Source of the DNA: an uncultured Acidobacteriota bacterium
Lineage (GTDB): Bacteria > Acidobacteriota > Terriglobia > UBA7540
DNA: 64,000 bases
Direction: 5' to 3'
NCBI GenBank assembly: GCA_963804995.1
Contig: CAWDSK010000001.1
Span: 629,784 to 693,783 of the forward strand
In this document: piece by piece, positions 1 through 10,700 of the stretch
How positions within the stretch are numbered: position 1 is the stretch's first letter
Layout of the letters: each line of letters begins with the position of its first letter
Position numbers and translations under genes: made by a program
Notes under the pieces: generated by a model
What the model was told of the DNA's origin: nothing
What the model saw: the letters and a program-made list of their open reading frames with translations, nothing else
Database searches by the model: none

Positions 1-420
1 AGCGGCGCCTCGAATCGATGCAAGCTGAGCCGCGACTTGTCCAAAATCATTGATGGCACGAAGCGCGCCAAGGTTTGGGTCGTCTCCAGCATGATCGTCA
101 TAGCGGAACCCCGGGTAAAGACGCACCCATCCGGGACTCACGACTAGCAAAAAGGGGACGACGTTTTGGTTCCAGACTTTCCTGTGGATTTCCCGCGCTT
201 GCTGTTCCGAATCAGCCTGGCAAACATAAACGACTGGAACATCTGATTGGGAAGGGTCGTAGGCGCTGCCGCGAAGTGTGTAGACCCCCTTGAGGTCACA
301 CGCCTGTTGCGCCATTCGGAGGATGTGGCCGTAGTTGGGGTCAAGTCTAAGAGCGTCACCGGAACGATAGTTCGGCGAATCGGTGTATTGGAGAGCACCC
401 AGGACGTCCCCAAGAATCAT
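1..420 (-). CDS. N-terminus of a probable N-6 DNA methylase / type IIG-like restriction-modification protein (runs off the left edge)
   Basis: Not in the ORF track. My translation from ATG at 420 is open for 140 codons to the edge: MILGDVLGALQYTDSPNY...VPVVYVCQADSEQQAREIHRKVWNQNVVPFLLVVSPGWVRLYPGFRY, resembling N-termini of large N-6 methylases. The catalytic motifs lie outside the window. Confidence 0.5.
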   Translation of the reverse strand, partial: MILGDVLGALQYTDSPNYRSGDALRLDPNYGHILRMAQQACDLKGVYTLRGSAYDPSQSDVPVVYVCQADSEQQAREIHRKVWNQNVVPFLLVVSPGWVRLYPGFRYDDHAGDDPNLGALRAINDFGQVAAQLASIRGAA

Positions 421-740
421 GTTGGTCACATTGCCTGGCAAGCTTTTCCCTTGGATTACAACCGCCGTCTCACCCACACTGGCTAACGCGTGAAAATGCG
501 CTGGCTTTGAATCGCTGCGCGGCCTGCTTTTTAATCGCCCGGCTATTCCGCCCCAGCAGCCGTAGATTACCCTTGCACGTGCCTCACTCCGTGAGCCGAA
601 TTGTATCACGATCGCGCAAGCGAATAAAAGGCGAATACATGGCGAATACGCGGCATCAGAATTTTATTCGCGCCTCAATTCACGCTGCGGAAAGGGCACA
701 TTGAGTCTCCGAACAAATTCACTTGGCTGTGTAGTCGCCT

Positions 741-1046
741 CATGCTTATCCGGTTGTTTCAGCAAGCCACAATTAGTAGTATATGGGCATGCCCCGCCCA
801 GCGTTTCCGAAAACCTTGCGCGAGTTCCGCGGGCCGCGAGTTCCGCCAGGCTTATCCTGATGAATTCGCCGTTCGCCATAATCGGCGCAAGAAACCTATG
901 GCGGCTTTCCAAACCCTGTTGGGACTCGGAACCACGCACAAGTCCACGACCTATAAGGAGATGCGAAGCACGTGGACCTTGCCAAGCCGCCAAGCCATGG
1001 CTGACCACAACATATTGTGGCTTGCTGAAACAACCGGATAAGCATG
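741..1046 (+). mobile_element. Non-autonomous IS1595-family derivative (306-bp MITE)
   Basis: Perfect 33-bp terminal inverted repeats CATGCTTATCCGGTTGTTTCAGCAAGCCACAAT (741-773 / 1014-1046). 8-bp direct repeat AGTCGCCT at 733-740 and 1047-1054. Interior encodes QAYPDEFAVRHNRR..AAFQTLLGLG, like the C-terminus of ISXO2-like transposases. Confidence 0.85.
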
Positions 1047-1296
1047 AGTCGCCTAACCATGCATATAGTCCGCCCGGTCACTTCGGGCGATTGCACTTGG
1101 AGGACAGCGCACCTTGAAACCGTACTTCGCCGGATTGGGAACGAAAACGTCTGTATTGAAATTGGCCAGCCTGCACCACTTGCATGCAATTGCACCCGGA
1201 AGGCGCGCTCCCCGAACGTGAGTCAGCGCGGACCTGTTTCGTAGCGCGGTCTCCCGTTTTTGGGGTTCTTCGTTTGGAAAACCTCCAACCCGGGCG

Positions 1297-1615
1297 GCTG
1301 TAGCACAGCCACTCCTGGCTGTGTCGCCAAGCGCGAACGTCCGGCCGCATTCACAGCGAGGTAGCGCAGAGTCTCGCGCTCTTCGAGACTCTGCGGCTTT
1401 TCGTTTCTTGGCCGCGACCGGCGATCACCACTTATTTCCCCAATGGACACTGCATCACCGTGTTAGGTGGTTAATACGTGCGTTAATACTATAGCGTATG
1501 CTCATTAGATTAAGAGCCGCAGAGTCTGAAAGGGCCAGACTCTGCGCTACCTCCTCGTGCCTGCTGTAGCGCAGCCACTCCTGGCTGTGTCGCCAAGCGC
1601 GAACGTCCGGCCGCA
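1297..1615. repeat. Cluster of GTAG-type REP palindromes
   Basis: 53-bp direct repeat with 1 mismatch at 1297-1349 and 1563-1615, starting GTAGC(A/G)CAGCCACTCCTGGCTGTG. It encloses an inverted pair, GTAGCGCAGAGTCT..AGACTCTGCGGC (about 1361-1397) and GCCGCAGAGTCT..AGACTCTGCGCTAC (about 1516-1550). Confidence 0.75.
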
Positions 1616-1781
1616 AAATGGCGTTTGTGGGTGGGCAAGACCAGCGTTAATATAGCCCGCTGAAGCGCAGCGCGGCGGGGCCGCAACCAAACAGGCGTCA
1701 TAGCCCTCTCCCCCGGGGGAGAGGGTGGATCGCGGCTTCTTTGACTGACCGGATTTTAATTTCATCCAGGGGGAGGAACCG

Positions 1782-3107
1782 ATGAGGAATTGGACGCGAA
1801 GAGGCTTTCTGGGAGCAATGGCGGGGGCAGCGGCGGCAAAATCCTTGGGGGCTGAGCCCAAGGGCATTCCACCGATGCCGCAGCCCCAGATGGGGCGGGG
1901 TGTTATCAAGATTAAAATCACCGATTTGAAATGTGCCATCATTGGCCAGAACCCGGTGGTGCGCGTGGTGACGGATCAGGGCATCTCGGGCTATGGCGAA
2001 GCCGAGTCCGTAAAGAACTATCTCAAGCCGATGGTCTTGTTTTACAAGCAGTTTCTTCTGGGCGAAGATCCCACGGACGTGCAACGCGTGATGCTGAAGA
2101 TTCGCCGCATGGGAGCGTTCAAGCCTTGGGGTGCAGCGGTGAGCGCCATCGAGATTGCCTTGTGGGACATTGCCGGGCAGGTGGCCGGGCAGCCGGTCTA
2201 CAAGCTGCTGGGCGGAAAGATGCGCGACCGTGTACGCGCCTACGACGGGGCGGTGCGCTTCCCCATGCACGGCGAAACGCCTGCCGATTACGCCGAGAAC
2301 ACGCAAAAGATCAAAGAATCCAAGGAAGGTTTCACCCTGATCAAACAGTCGGTGGGGTTTCACATTTCCGAAATGATCCGTGGTGTGCCCGACGGCTGGT
2401 TCGACTCTCCGGGACGCACCGGACCAGGCCATCCTGACAGCGGCGTGCTGACCCAGCGCGGCATGGAACACATCGTGGCTTGCTGCGAAGCCATGGCCAA
2501 GGTGCTGGGCGATGAAGTTGCTCTGGCCCTGGATTGCGGACCCGGGTGGACCCTCAAGGACGCCATCACCTTTGCACACGCCATGGAACCGTACCATATC
2601 GAATGGCTCGAAGACGTGCTGACCGGCGACTATTCGGTTTATCCCAACGCGCAGTTGTTTAAGGAACTCACGCAGGCGACGTCGCTGAAGATTCATACGG
2701 GCGAAGAGATTTACCTGCGGGAGAACTTTAAGGACCTGATCGAAAACCAGGCAGTCAATGTGATCGGACCGGACCCGGAAGATGTAGGCGGCATGGCGGA
2801 ACTGAAGTGGATCGCCGAGTACGCCGATCTGCATGGCATCCTCGTGGCTCCCCACGGAATCTGCGACGGGCTGATTGGGCTCGCCGCGCTCGTTCACATG
2901 TCGGCGACTCTGCCCCAGAACTACATCGCCTTCGAGTATCCCATCGGCGAGGAGGAATGGTGGTACGACATCATCGAGGGGCTGCCCGACCCCATCATGA
3001 AGAAGGGCTTCATCGACATATGGGACGCACCGGGTCTGGGCATCAGATTCAATGTCCCCAAAGCGAAAGCGCATCTCAGGCCGGAAGATCGCGACTTTTT
3101 CGACTGA
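1782..3107 (+). CDS. Mandelate racemase/muconate lactonizing enzyme (enolase superfamily) with twin-arginine leader
   Basis: RBS GGAGGA; TRRGFL leader; VSAIEIALWDIAG, LALDCG, WLED, TGEE and APHG motifs. Confidence 0.9.
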   Translation: MRNWTRRGFLGAMAGAAAAKSLGAEPKGIPPMPQPQMGRGVIKIKITDLKCAIIGQNPVVRVVTDQGISGYGEAESVKNYLKPMVLFYKQFLLGEDPTDVQRVMLKIRRMGAFKPWGAAVSAIEIALWDIAGQVAGQPVYKLLGGKMRDRVRAYDGAVRFPMHGETPADYAENTQKIKESKEGFTLIKQSVGFHISEMIRGVPDGWFDSPGRTGPGHPDSGVLTQRGMEHIVACCEAMAKVLGDEVALALDCGPGWTLKDAITFAHAMEPYHIEWLEDVLTGDYSVYPNAQLFKELTQATSLKIHTGEEIYLRENFKDLIENQAVNVIGPDPEDVGGMAELKWIAEYADLHGILVAPHGICDGLIGLAALVHMSATLPQNYIAFEYPIGEEEWWYDIIEGLPDPIMKKGFIDIWDAPGLGIRFNVPKAKAHLRPEDRDFFD

Positions 3108-3360
3108 TCGGATTCAAATTTCCGTCAGTGGGAGGAACGCAAAATTGGTCGCCCGCCATTAAGATCGGCGGACTTTCAGCCGCGGCGACACGGTGGCTAC
3201 CCGCTTGGACGTAAAGACACGCTGAACCACCAAGACACCAAGGCACGAAGTTACGCCATTTGTTAGACAATCCTCGCCAGAGCTTTCTAGTATCTTGGTA
3301 CCTGGGTGGTGAAAGATTTGCGAGCGCGGTCGTTACCGCCACCATTGACCGGAAGTTTGG

Positions 3361-3410
3361 CATCAAGGGAAAAGCCCACGGACAGAACAACCCTGTCCGT
3401 GGCTACCCCC
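3361..3410 (-). repeat. Isolated left end of the REP/RAYT element family found at 23.6-31 kb
   Basis: Reverse complement reads GGGTAGCCACGGACAG..CTGTCCGTGGGCTTTTCCCTTGATG, matching 23586-23633. A second partial end, GTGGCTACCCGCT, lies at about 3193-3205. Confidence 0.75.
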
Positions 3411-4768
3411 TACGTTAAGTTAAGGTAGACGGTTTCGTTTGCAAATTATGCTGCCACAATACGCACACTCGCCGGTCCAGGTGAATAACAAGCGTTGGAT
3501 CTCACGGCGCGTCTGTGGCAGGGTCCACCCAGAAGTTTTTTTTGCTCCGCAACATCTCCAAGGTCAGGAAAGCATGCGCCAACATGACCAGGGTGACGTG
3601 GTGATGCCAGCCCGTCCAATTGCGGCCCTCGTAGTGATCCAGCCCCAGTTCCTCCTTGAGCTGCTGATAGTCCTGTTCGATCTTCCAGCGGCTTTTGACG
3701 ATGCGCACCAGCCGTCGCAGGGGGTAGTTCTCCGGCAGGTCGCAGAGAAAATATTTCGTGGGCTCGGGCTCGCCGGGCGGCCATTCCACCAGCAACCAGA
3801 CCTGCGGGTGGGGCGGGTCACCTTCGTCGAATCCGTGCCCGGGCTGGACGCGGGCCGCGTAGAAGCGGGACTCCAACCCGCCTTTCGTGCCTTCTCGCCA
3901 GCGCACTTGCTTCCACCCCCGGGCCTTCTCCGCCACTTCCCGTACCGCGCACGGCCGCTGCTCGCCGTAATGGTAAACTGTCGGCCAACGTCCTCGCCCC
4001 CGGGTTTTCCGCCAGCGCGGCGGTTTCGTCCACACCCGCACGGTGGAAGGAATGCCCACGGCATAAGGAAGTTGGCGAGCCTGCAGCCCCTGGCGAAATT
4101 CCGTCACTTCCCCGTAGGCGGCGTCCGCCAGCACCACCCCGCAGCGCAAACCCCAGGCGCGCGCCTCGTCGATCATTTCCAGCGCCAGTTGCCATTTCGT
4201 CTGGAATTTCACCGCGGCGGGGATGCCCGCGGCGCGGCGCCGCTCGGGATCCTGCGTCCAGCTTTCCGGCAAGTAGAGCCGCCAGTCCAGGATGGTACTT
4301 TCTTCCCCTCCCACCTGATGCAGGCTCACGGCCACTTGGCAATTGGCCGTCTTCCCCAAGGTGCCGGAGTATTGCCGCGCTACTCCCACCGAGTGGTGAC
4401 CCTGTTTGGGGAATCCCGTGTCGTCGATGACCCAGAGGGGATCGGGCAGCAGTTCTGCCGTCATGCGTCGCGCCAAGCGTTCCCAAACCGGAGCCCATGG
4501 CCAAGGACTTTGTCCGATCAACTGCTGCAGGGCCTGGACATTCCCCTCGGGCAAACGTGCCGCCATCGGCTCGATCGATTTGCGTTCCCCGTCCCGCAAC
4601 AGGCCGCGGACGTATACCGAACTCCAATGCCGTCGCTCGCGCCGCCCCAGCGGCTCCAGCAGGTCGGCCAAGAATTGTTCCAAACGCTTTCGACATTTCT
4701 CGATTTCGCTCTCGGTCATGGACCGGAGCTTAACACCTCCCCTGCGGGAGGTCAATAACTTAACGTAG
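3410..4768 (-). mobile_element. IS701-family insertion sequence
   Basis: 13-bp perfect inverted repeats CTACGTTAAGTTA (3410-3422) / TAACTTAACGTAG (4756-4768) flank the transposase. Confidence 0.85.
3502..4719 (-). CDS. IS701-family DDE transposase
   Basis: RKSIEPMA, VIDDTGFPKQG.HSVGVARQYSGTLGK..NCQ, LADAAYG and RWKIEQDYQQLKEELGLDHYEGR.W.GWHHH motifs. Confidence 0.95.
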   Translation of the reverse strand: MTESEIEKCRKRLEQFLADLLEPLGRRERRHWSSVYVRGLLRDGERKSIEPMAARLPEGNVQALQQLIGQSPWPWAPVWERLARRMTAELLPDPLWVIDDTGFPKQGHHSVGVARQYSGTLGKTANCQVAVSLHQVGGEESTILDWRLYLPESWTQDPERRRAAGIPAAVKFQTKWQLALEMIDEARAWGLRCGVVLADAAYGEVTEFRQGLQARQLPYAVGIPSTVRVWTKPPRWRKTRGRGRWPTVYHYGEQRPCAVREVAEKARGWKQVRWREGTKGGLESRFYAARVQPGHGFDEGDPPHPQVWLLVEWPPGEPEPTKYFLCDLPENYPLRRLVRIVKSRWKIEQDYQQLKEELGLDHYEGRNWTGWHHHVTLVMLAHAFLTLEMLRSKKNFWVDPATDAP

Positions 4769-4794
4769 TAGTATTGGGGGCTCGGGGTTAGGGT

Positions 4795-4922
4795 CCTGAC
4801 TCCTAGCTTCTAACTCCTGGCTCCTGACTCCTCTCCCCCAGCCCCGTATCCCGAGTCGCGAACCCAGATTCCCGATTCCAGATTTGAGATCGCCGAGTCC
4901 CGAATCCCGTACCCCGTTTCCC
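4795..4922. repeat. Degenerate tandem heptamer repeats
   Basis: CCTGACT-CCTAGCT-TCTAACT-CCTGGCT-CCTGACT followed by CCCGAAT/CCCGAGT-like units. Confidence 0.6.
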
Positions 4923-5291
4923 GGCCGCCGGGCCCTCACCACTCTGACATTTTATCCTCCCAGCGGTGTCCCAGAAGTACCCCGTAGCGCGTCATAGCGG
5001 GCGTTGTCCCACCAAATGTCACATCTTCATGCGTTATTTTCCCATGACTTTTAACAGGCGGATTCGCCGCGCTGCGCTATCTTATGCCGGCGATTACGCC
5101 AAAGGCCGCTTGAGGTCAGGCGGTTTCACGCCGCCTCGGACACGTTTCGATCGTCCGAGTGCGAGCGGTGCGTGGAACGGGCTATCGCCCTACCGCTTTT
5201 CTGCGCGCCCCCACTCCGAGGCCCCAGGGGAAAGGAGTCAAGATTCGCCAGTCAGCCCGCGCATTCTGAAGGCGGCGACGGGCCCCCTGCC

Positions 5292-7001
5292 TCAGGAAAC
5301 ATTCTCTTGAAAATAGGCGTTGGAGATGTACTGTGACACCATCCTTTGGGTGTTGAAGAACGACCCGTTGATGGCGATGGCGGAACGCATGACCGTGGCA
5401 TAAGCCCTGGGCCGGCCATAGAACATGGGGAGGATGACCGTTTCCAACTTTGCGTAAAGCGAATTCTCCTCCGCATCCTGGTTCTCCATGGTTTCAGTCC
5501 CGTGACCGATCGCCCAGCCCGTGATGCCTTCGATGCAACCCTCCACCCACCAGCCGTCCAGAATACTCAAACTCGGAACGCCATTGAGGGCAGCTTTCAT
5601 GCCGCTCGTGCCGGAGGCCTCTTGGGGGCGCTTGGGTGTGTTCAGCCACAGATCCACCCCACTGTACAGAAGCGGCGCCCACGTCCAATTGTAGTCGGGT
5701 ACATAGACAATCTTGACGGCGTCTTTCAAAGTATCGGCCGCCTGGAAGATGCGGCGGATGACGTCCTTGCCGCCACCATCCGCGGGATGCGCCTTGCCGC
5801 CGTAGACGACCTGAAGGGGCCCTACATTCTGGGCAATCCATTTTAAATGGTCGGCCTTCGAAAACAGCAAGTCGGCGCGCTTATAAGTGGCGGCACGGCG
5901 GGCGAATCCGATGGTCATGACCTTGTCGTCCAATTGGACTCCCGTACGTTTTTGAACTTCTGCCATCAGCGCCCGCTTAGCCAGGGCGTGGGCCTTCAAA
6001 ATTTCCTCAGCAGGGATGCCGATCGCATAGCGCAAATAGAGGTTATCCCTTCGCCATTCCGGCATGTAACGGTCGAAGAGATCGCGCAAGGGAGGCGTGG
6101 TCCAGGTGAGCCCGTGGACTCCGTTGGTGATGGCTCGTACGGAGTACTGCGGGAACATATGGCGCGAGACTTCCCCATGTTGCATGGCGACGCCGTTCAC
6201 ATACCGGGATCCGATGAGCGCCAGGTACGTCATGTTCAAATGTCCGTCCAGGCACGCGCCATGGGCGATGAGGGCGGCGGTGCGGTCCTCACCCAACACC
6301 TGGCGAACCATGTCGATGCTGAACTGGTCATGGCCGGCCGGAACCGGAGTGTGCGTCGTAAACACACACTTGTGCCGGACGTCGATAACATCCTCCGGCC
6401 GCGTGTCGCGCACGTTGCGCCCCGCCAAGCGCTGTTCAATCAGGGCCAACACCAGCAACGCGGCGTGGCCTTCGTTCATGTGATAGCTCGAGATGTGGTG
6501 GTGGCCCAGCTTCGGCAGGATGGCGACGCCTCCCATGCCCAGCAGGACTTCCTGGCACAGCCGGTAGTGGATGTCTCCGCCATAGAGATAATCCGTGAGC
6601 GTCTGGTCCCAAGGGGAATTGTCGGGCAGAGCCGTGTCAAGCAGGTAGACCGGCAGCACGTCCCCGCCAATGCCTTCCACCAGGTATCGCCAGGCGCGCA
6701 GCTTGACCTCGCGTCCCTCAATGTTCACCGTAACCACGGGCTTCATCAGTTCCAACTTTTCCTCGGGATTCCACTGGACTGGCGACTCCGATTGGTTGCC
6801 GTGGCCGTCCAAATGTTGCGAGAAATAGCCCTTGCGATGGAGGAGGGTGACGGCCACCATGCGGGCTCCAATATCCGCGGCGGAGCGCAGCGTGTCTCCG
6901 GCCAGCACTCCCAGGCCCCCACTGTAGGTCGGAACGGCAGGGTCGAGAGCAATTTCCATCGAGAAATAAGCAACGCGCGAAGGAGAAACAGGTGGAATCA
7001 T
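5292..7001 (-). CDS. glgP: Alpha-glucan (glycogen) phosphorylase, short form
   Basis: AYFSMEI, YSGGLGVLAGD, HMNEGH, FTTHTPVPAGHD, ARRAATYKRA and the PLP-site EASGTSGMKAALNG. Confidence 0.95.
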   Translation of the reverse strand: MIPPVSPSRVAYFSMEIALDPAVPTYSGGLGVLAGDTLRSAADIGARMVAVTLLHRKGYFSQHLDGHGNQSESPVQWNPEEKLELMKPVVTVNIEGREVKLRAWRYLVEGIGGDVLPVYLLDTALPDNSPWDQTLTDYLYGGDIHYRLCQEVLLGMGGVAILPKLGHHHISSYHMNEGHAALLVLALIEQRLAGRNVRDTRPEDVIDVRHKCVFTTHTPVPAGHDQFSIDMVRQVLGEDRTAALIAHGACLDGHLNMTYLALIGSRYVNGVAMQHGEVSRHMFPQYSVRAITNGVHGLTWTTPPLRDLFDRYMPEWRRDNLYLRYAIGIPAEEILKAHALAKRALMAEVQKRTGVQLDDKVMTIGFARRAATYKRADLLFSKADHLKWIAQNVGPLQVVYGGKAHPADGGGKDVIRRIFQAADTLKDAVKIVYVPDYNWTWAPLLYSGVDLWLNTPKRPQEASGTSGMKAALNGVPSLSILDGWWVEGCIEGITGWAIGHGTETMENQDAEENSLYAKLETVILPMFYGRPRAYATVMRSAIAINGSFFNTQRMVSQYISNAYFQENVS

Positions 7002-7303
7002 GGCAACCTCGCTTTAATAGTCTCAAACGTAGCGGACTTTCCCGGCCTCATCCTCGGGCACAGCTCAAACCCCAGAACGGTAGTCAGCAAAACCACAGTC
7101 AATCAGAGAGAGTTCGCCTCGCGAATCCTCACCTTCCTTATCGGCCTGACGGCGAAACAGGATGAGGGAGAATTAAATCCTTCCAGATAGTTTCGTTGGT
7201 TTAGTCCGGGTTTTTCATCAAAGAAGGGAACAAAGGGGCTCAAACCCCGCACTTCCGACCGTTCGAAGAAAACACTTCGGCGTGCTGGGAAATCCCACCC
7301 TAG

Positions 7304-7423
7304 CAGGCTGTTGAAAAACCCTCACGGTGCGAGGTAGCGGCGGGTTTACCCCGCCATATCGCCAACGATTTCAACAGCGGATGGCGGGGTAAACCCGCCG
7401 CTACATCGTCTTTCATCAGCCTG
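7304..7423. mobile_element. 120-bp MITE shell containing an inverted REP doublet
   Basis: CTAG at 7300-7303 and 7424-7427. Ends are CAGGCTGTTGAAA / TTTCATCAGCCTG. Interior 7334-7404 is GTAGCGGCGGGTTTACCCCGCCAT...ATGGCGGGGTAAACCCGCCGCTAC. Confidence 0.7.
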
Positions 7424-9151
7424 CTAGAGGCCATCGTTCACGGCCAACAGGGCGGGCACACCGGAGTTGCTGATGACCAGGTATATCATGCTGGTATAGG
7501 AGTTGACGGCCATGGTGGCGCTAGAGTCGCCGGCCGAAAGGGGCATGCTGCCCAGGAGTGCATTCGTTCCACCGTCAAAAACTTTGAGCGCTGGCGGGGA
7601 GGAAGAGTTGTCAACAATGTACACGCGATTGCGTATGGGATTGACCGCAATCGGTCCGGGGCTGGAGACGGGGAGTGTGGCAAGGACCGCCTCAGTATTT
7701 CCGTCAATCACCTCGACGCCGCTTCCCGAGAGGGGTGGGCCATACAGCCGATTGCTGCGGGGATTGACGGCACTGACCACCGCGGAGAACGGAACGCTCG
7801 AGCGGGTCAGTCCGTCGGCGGCAACTTTCCCCTCTCCTCCCGGACCCGCGAAGACGTAAGCCACGTGAGTGGCGGGGTTGACAATGATTTTGCTCATCAC
7901 GCCGCCCGACCCGATTTCCGCGCTGGTCAGGGTATCGGCGCTGCCATCAATCCGAAAGACGGGGTCATTGTTTGCGCCGCACTGTGCCCCGCCCCAAACC
8001 AGGTTGCGGCTGGAGTCCACGGTGGTCTCGACCGGGCAGCCAAATCCCTGGACGGTGGTTATCAAATGGCCGTCCACGGAGCTGTAAACGTAGATCAAGC
8101 CGCCGTAAACGCCCGCGGCGTAAATCTTGCCGGTAGCGGGATTCACATGGGCGCCCGACCCCGTTCCCAGCGTCGAGATAACCCGATTGGTGTTGCCGTC
8201 AATCATCGCCACCTGTTGTCCGGCGGAGGCGCCGCCACTGGTAAATACCTTATTGGTATTCGGATCGACATCGACGTAGATGGCAGCACTTGCGGGGAGC
8301 CCGGTACGTGCGACGGTAAGCATAGCGCGGGACGATGGAACGCCACCTTCGCCAAGCAGGGTGCCCGTGGCGGTGATGCCCTCACCGGACCAATCCCAGC
8401 CGAGAGAGTTGCCCTGCAGGGTGACTTTGAGCGTTCCCCCGTCGACGCAGTTGTCCTTACCGTAGGTGATATGTTCCGTATACGAAAGGGTGGAACCTTC
8501 AAACCCCCGGAACTCCAGGGAGCCGCCACAGGTAAACGTGGGGTAGTCAATCGTGCCACCGCTTGCGCCCTGGAGTTCCATCATCACCAGGAAGGTATGG
8601 ACAACGGGCTTATCCTGCGCCACGGTGCCATGCCATTTTCCCGTTAAGAACCGGCTGGAGGGCGACGTGCCCAATTCCTCAAGAGCTGCCTTGACCGTGG
8701 ACGCTTGCCCGGCCACGGCCGTGAAGGGCCGTTCGAAATCCTTCCGGCCCGCCTGGGAGATCTTGAGCATATGGTCGCCGGGCTTCAGATTCACCATCAC
8801 CAGGCGTCCCTGGGAGCTGGCTTGTCCTTGAAAGTCGCCGTCGACGTAGACCAGGGCGTCGGGCGAGGTTTCAATCACCAAGCGCGCCGGCTGCGGGGCC
8901 AATTTCCGCAAGATGGCGAGCAAGTCATCCGTCACTCCGGCGGCGCGCAGCTCCTCCTCTACCTGCTGTGACAGATCAAAACTGATCCCTCGTTCGCGCA
9001 CAATGTCGATCACACGGGCGGGCGGGACACCTCCCTTCAACAATTGCACGACTTCATCCTTGGAAACCGGCTTGCGCGGATCTTGCGGGCCCGCCGCGAG
9101 CGGGATGAGAATGGTAAACAGCACCAGAACGAGGGCAAGGTTGCGCCCCAT
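7424..9151 (-). CDS. Secreted protein: helical N-domain + PEGA domain + YncE-like beta-propeller
   Basis: Signal peptide from ATG 9151; PEGA-like TSPDALVYVDG..G; repeated VNP.TN++Y / VIDG.T blades. Confidence 0.7.
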   Translation of the reverse strand: MGRNLALVLVLFTILIPLAAGPQDPRKPVSKDEVVQLLKGGVPPARVIDIVRERGISFDLSQQVEEELRAAGVTDDLLAILRKLAPQPARLVIETSPDALVYVDGDFQGQASSQGRLVMVNLKPGDHMLKISQAGRKDFERPFTAVAGQASTVKAALEELGTSPSSRFLTGKWHGTVAQDKPVVHTFLVMMELQGASGGTIDYPTFTCGGSLEFRGFEGSTLSYTEHITYGKDNCVDGGTLKVTLQGNSLGWDWSGEGITATGTLLGEGGVPSSRAMLTVARTGLPASAAIYVDVDPNTNKVFTSGGASAGQQVAMIDGNTNRVISTLGTGSGAHVNPATGKIYAAGVYGGLIYVYSSVDGHLITTVQGFGCPVETTVDSSRNLVWGGAQCGANNDPVFRIDGSADTLTSAEIGSGGVMSKIIVNPATHVAYVFAGPGGEGKVAADGLTRSSVPFSAVVSAVNPRSNRLYGPPLSGSGVEVIDGNTEAVLATLPVSSPGPIAVNPIRNRVYIVDNSSSPPALKVFDGGTNALLGSMPLSAGDSSATMAVNSYTSMIYLVISNSGVPALLAVNDGL

Positions 9152-9354
9152 GGTATGAACCAGAGATCCGGGATTTAGCATTTGCACTCCTACTGCGGCC
9201 AGAAAGCAGGTGGGCCCCGGCATGCCAACCGCCGGCTGCTCTGCGAGGGAAACGTGTCTCATTGCGGCGTCGGCGCGCCACAACGCATAGGATTGTACAC
9301 CTTATTAACCGGACGGGAGGGAATGTTGCTAACCCCGTGCTCGGGGTGGTGGGG

Positions 9355-10691
9355 CTAATCCGTGAAAAGGGCGGGAGAGCGCGCGACGTAGCGGACCGGC
9401 TTCTTAAGCTTCGTAATACGGCCTTCGCGGACCCCCCTAGCGAGCCAATCCTTGATTTGCAAGGAACGTACCCGCATGTTATCGGCAAGCCATTCGTCTG
9501 TTCGAGGTTCCTTAAGGAGGATCAACATCTGTTCGATGACCAGGATGTAAGCGTCACAACAATATTGCTCTGCGGCGGCGGGCGGCGGGGTCTCTTCTGC
9601 CGGCTTGACAGTTTCCACGGATGGCGGAACCGTTGCCTCTGTGCTTGGTTCTGCGGAAACTGGAGTGTCTTTGATGGCTTCAACCTCCTTGTCTCTGTGC
9701 TCTTGCTCTAAAGGGGATCGCTGAGCTGACGAAGAAAAAAGTTGCCCATTCTCATCTTCCGGCGCAGTGAAAAGTGCGCGCAGATTCTCCCACGGCTCCG
9801 CAGGAAATGAGATCCCTCCCCTGCGGAGCAACCTGGGATTTCCTGGGGCCAGGGCTCCCGTGGATTTGACGAACACCTTCACACGACCGTGCTGAAGTGC
9901 CTCCGTAGCTCCCGCCCACGTACCCCCCGTTTCGGCTGAGCTGGCCACCACCAACGCAGCATCGCCCAGGCCATAGAGCAGCTTGTTTCGGTCCATGGCC
10001 GCATAGGCGAACCATCTCGAATCCGGGTCGTAAGGAGACACCAGGGTCAATCGATCACTCACGAGGTCTGAGCGGTACTGGCCCGAAGTGGCTGTCCTGG
10101 CTAAGCCTTCCGCAAGAACTCCCAAAGCCCAACCGCCGGACTCAGAGCACCGGACATCGCTTCGCGGTCAATCCCCTTGGCTGCCCCGGAAATAATTGCA
10201 ATGCCTTCTTTCGCACAATGCTCGCCAATCCGGCGGGCGAACTCGCCGTCCTCTTCCGAGCGCTCACGGGACCCCACAACTACCAGGCCCCCACGGTTAA
10301 GCAGCTCCTTTGAGCCAACTCCATAGAGGAGCGGCGGAGCCGTTTGCCCGAGATACCTCTTCAGACGTTCCGGATAGCAGGCGTCACTGCGACTGATCAC
10401 CCAAAGTCCGGCTCTCTCCCACCTCTCGACGATCAAGGCAAGAGCGGCGCCGCGGTCCAGCAGATGTGCGACACGAACCGAATCCACTTCCGGGGACAGA
10501 AACCCCTCGAGCCTGCTCCGGCAATCCGTGCTTAACAGGTCACCCGGCCGCAAGCCCTGGCTCTTCAGCCACGACGCCAGGGCATTGTACTGCCGGAGGC
10601 CGAGGGGTTTCACTCCGTTGCCACCCCTTTGGCCGAGTTCTGCGCAAAGCAGGAGAACTGCTTGTGTGTCCGGCGTCAGAGTCGACTCCAC
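9355..10691 (-). CDS. dprA: DprA/Smf-family protein, split by a 1-bp frameshift near 10142
   Basis: YPERL..APPLLYGVG, VVGSR, ISGAAKGIDREAM in the first frame; GVLAEGL, MDRNK, GGTWAGA in the second. One extra G in ctg(g)ag restores GALESGGWALGVLAEGL. Confidence 0.8.
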
Positions 10692-10700
10692 TCGAATCTC

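Noticed and set aside
1698..7190. Long antisense ORFs (1698-3074, 3439-4758, 5847-7190) and similar ones opposite priA, the regulators and the cus genes
   Set aside because: They are shadows of well-supported genes in GC-rich DNA and show no recognisable motifs.
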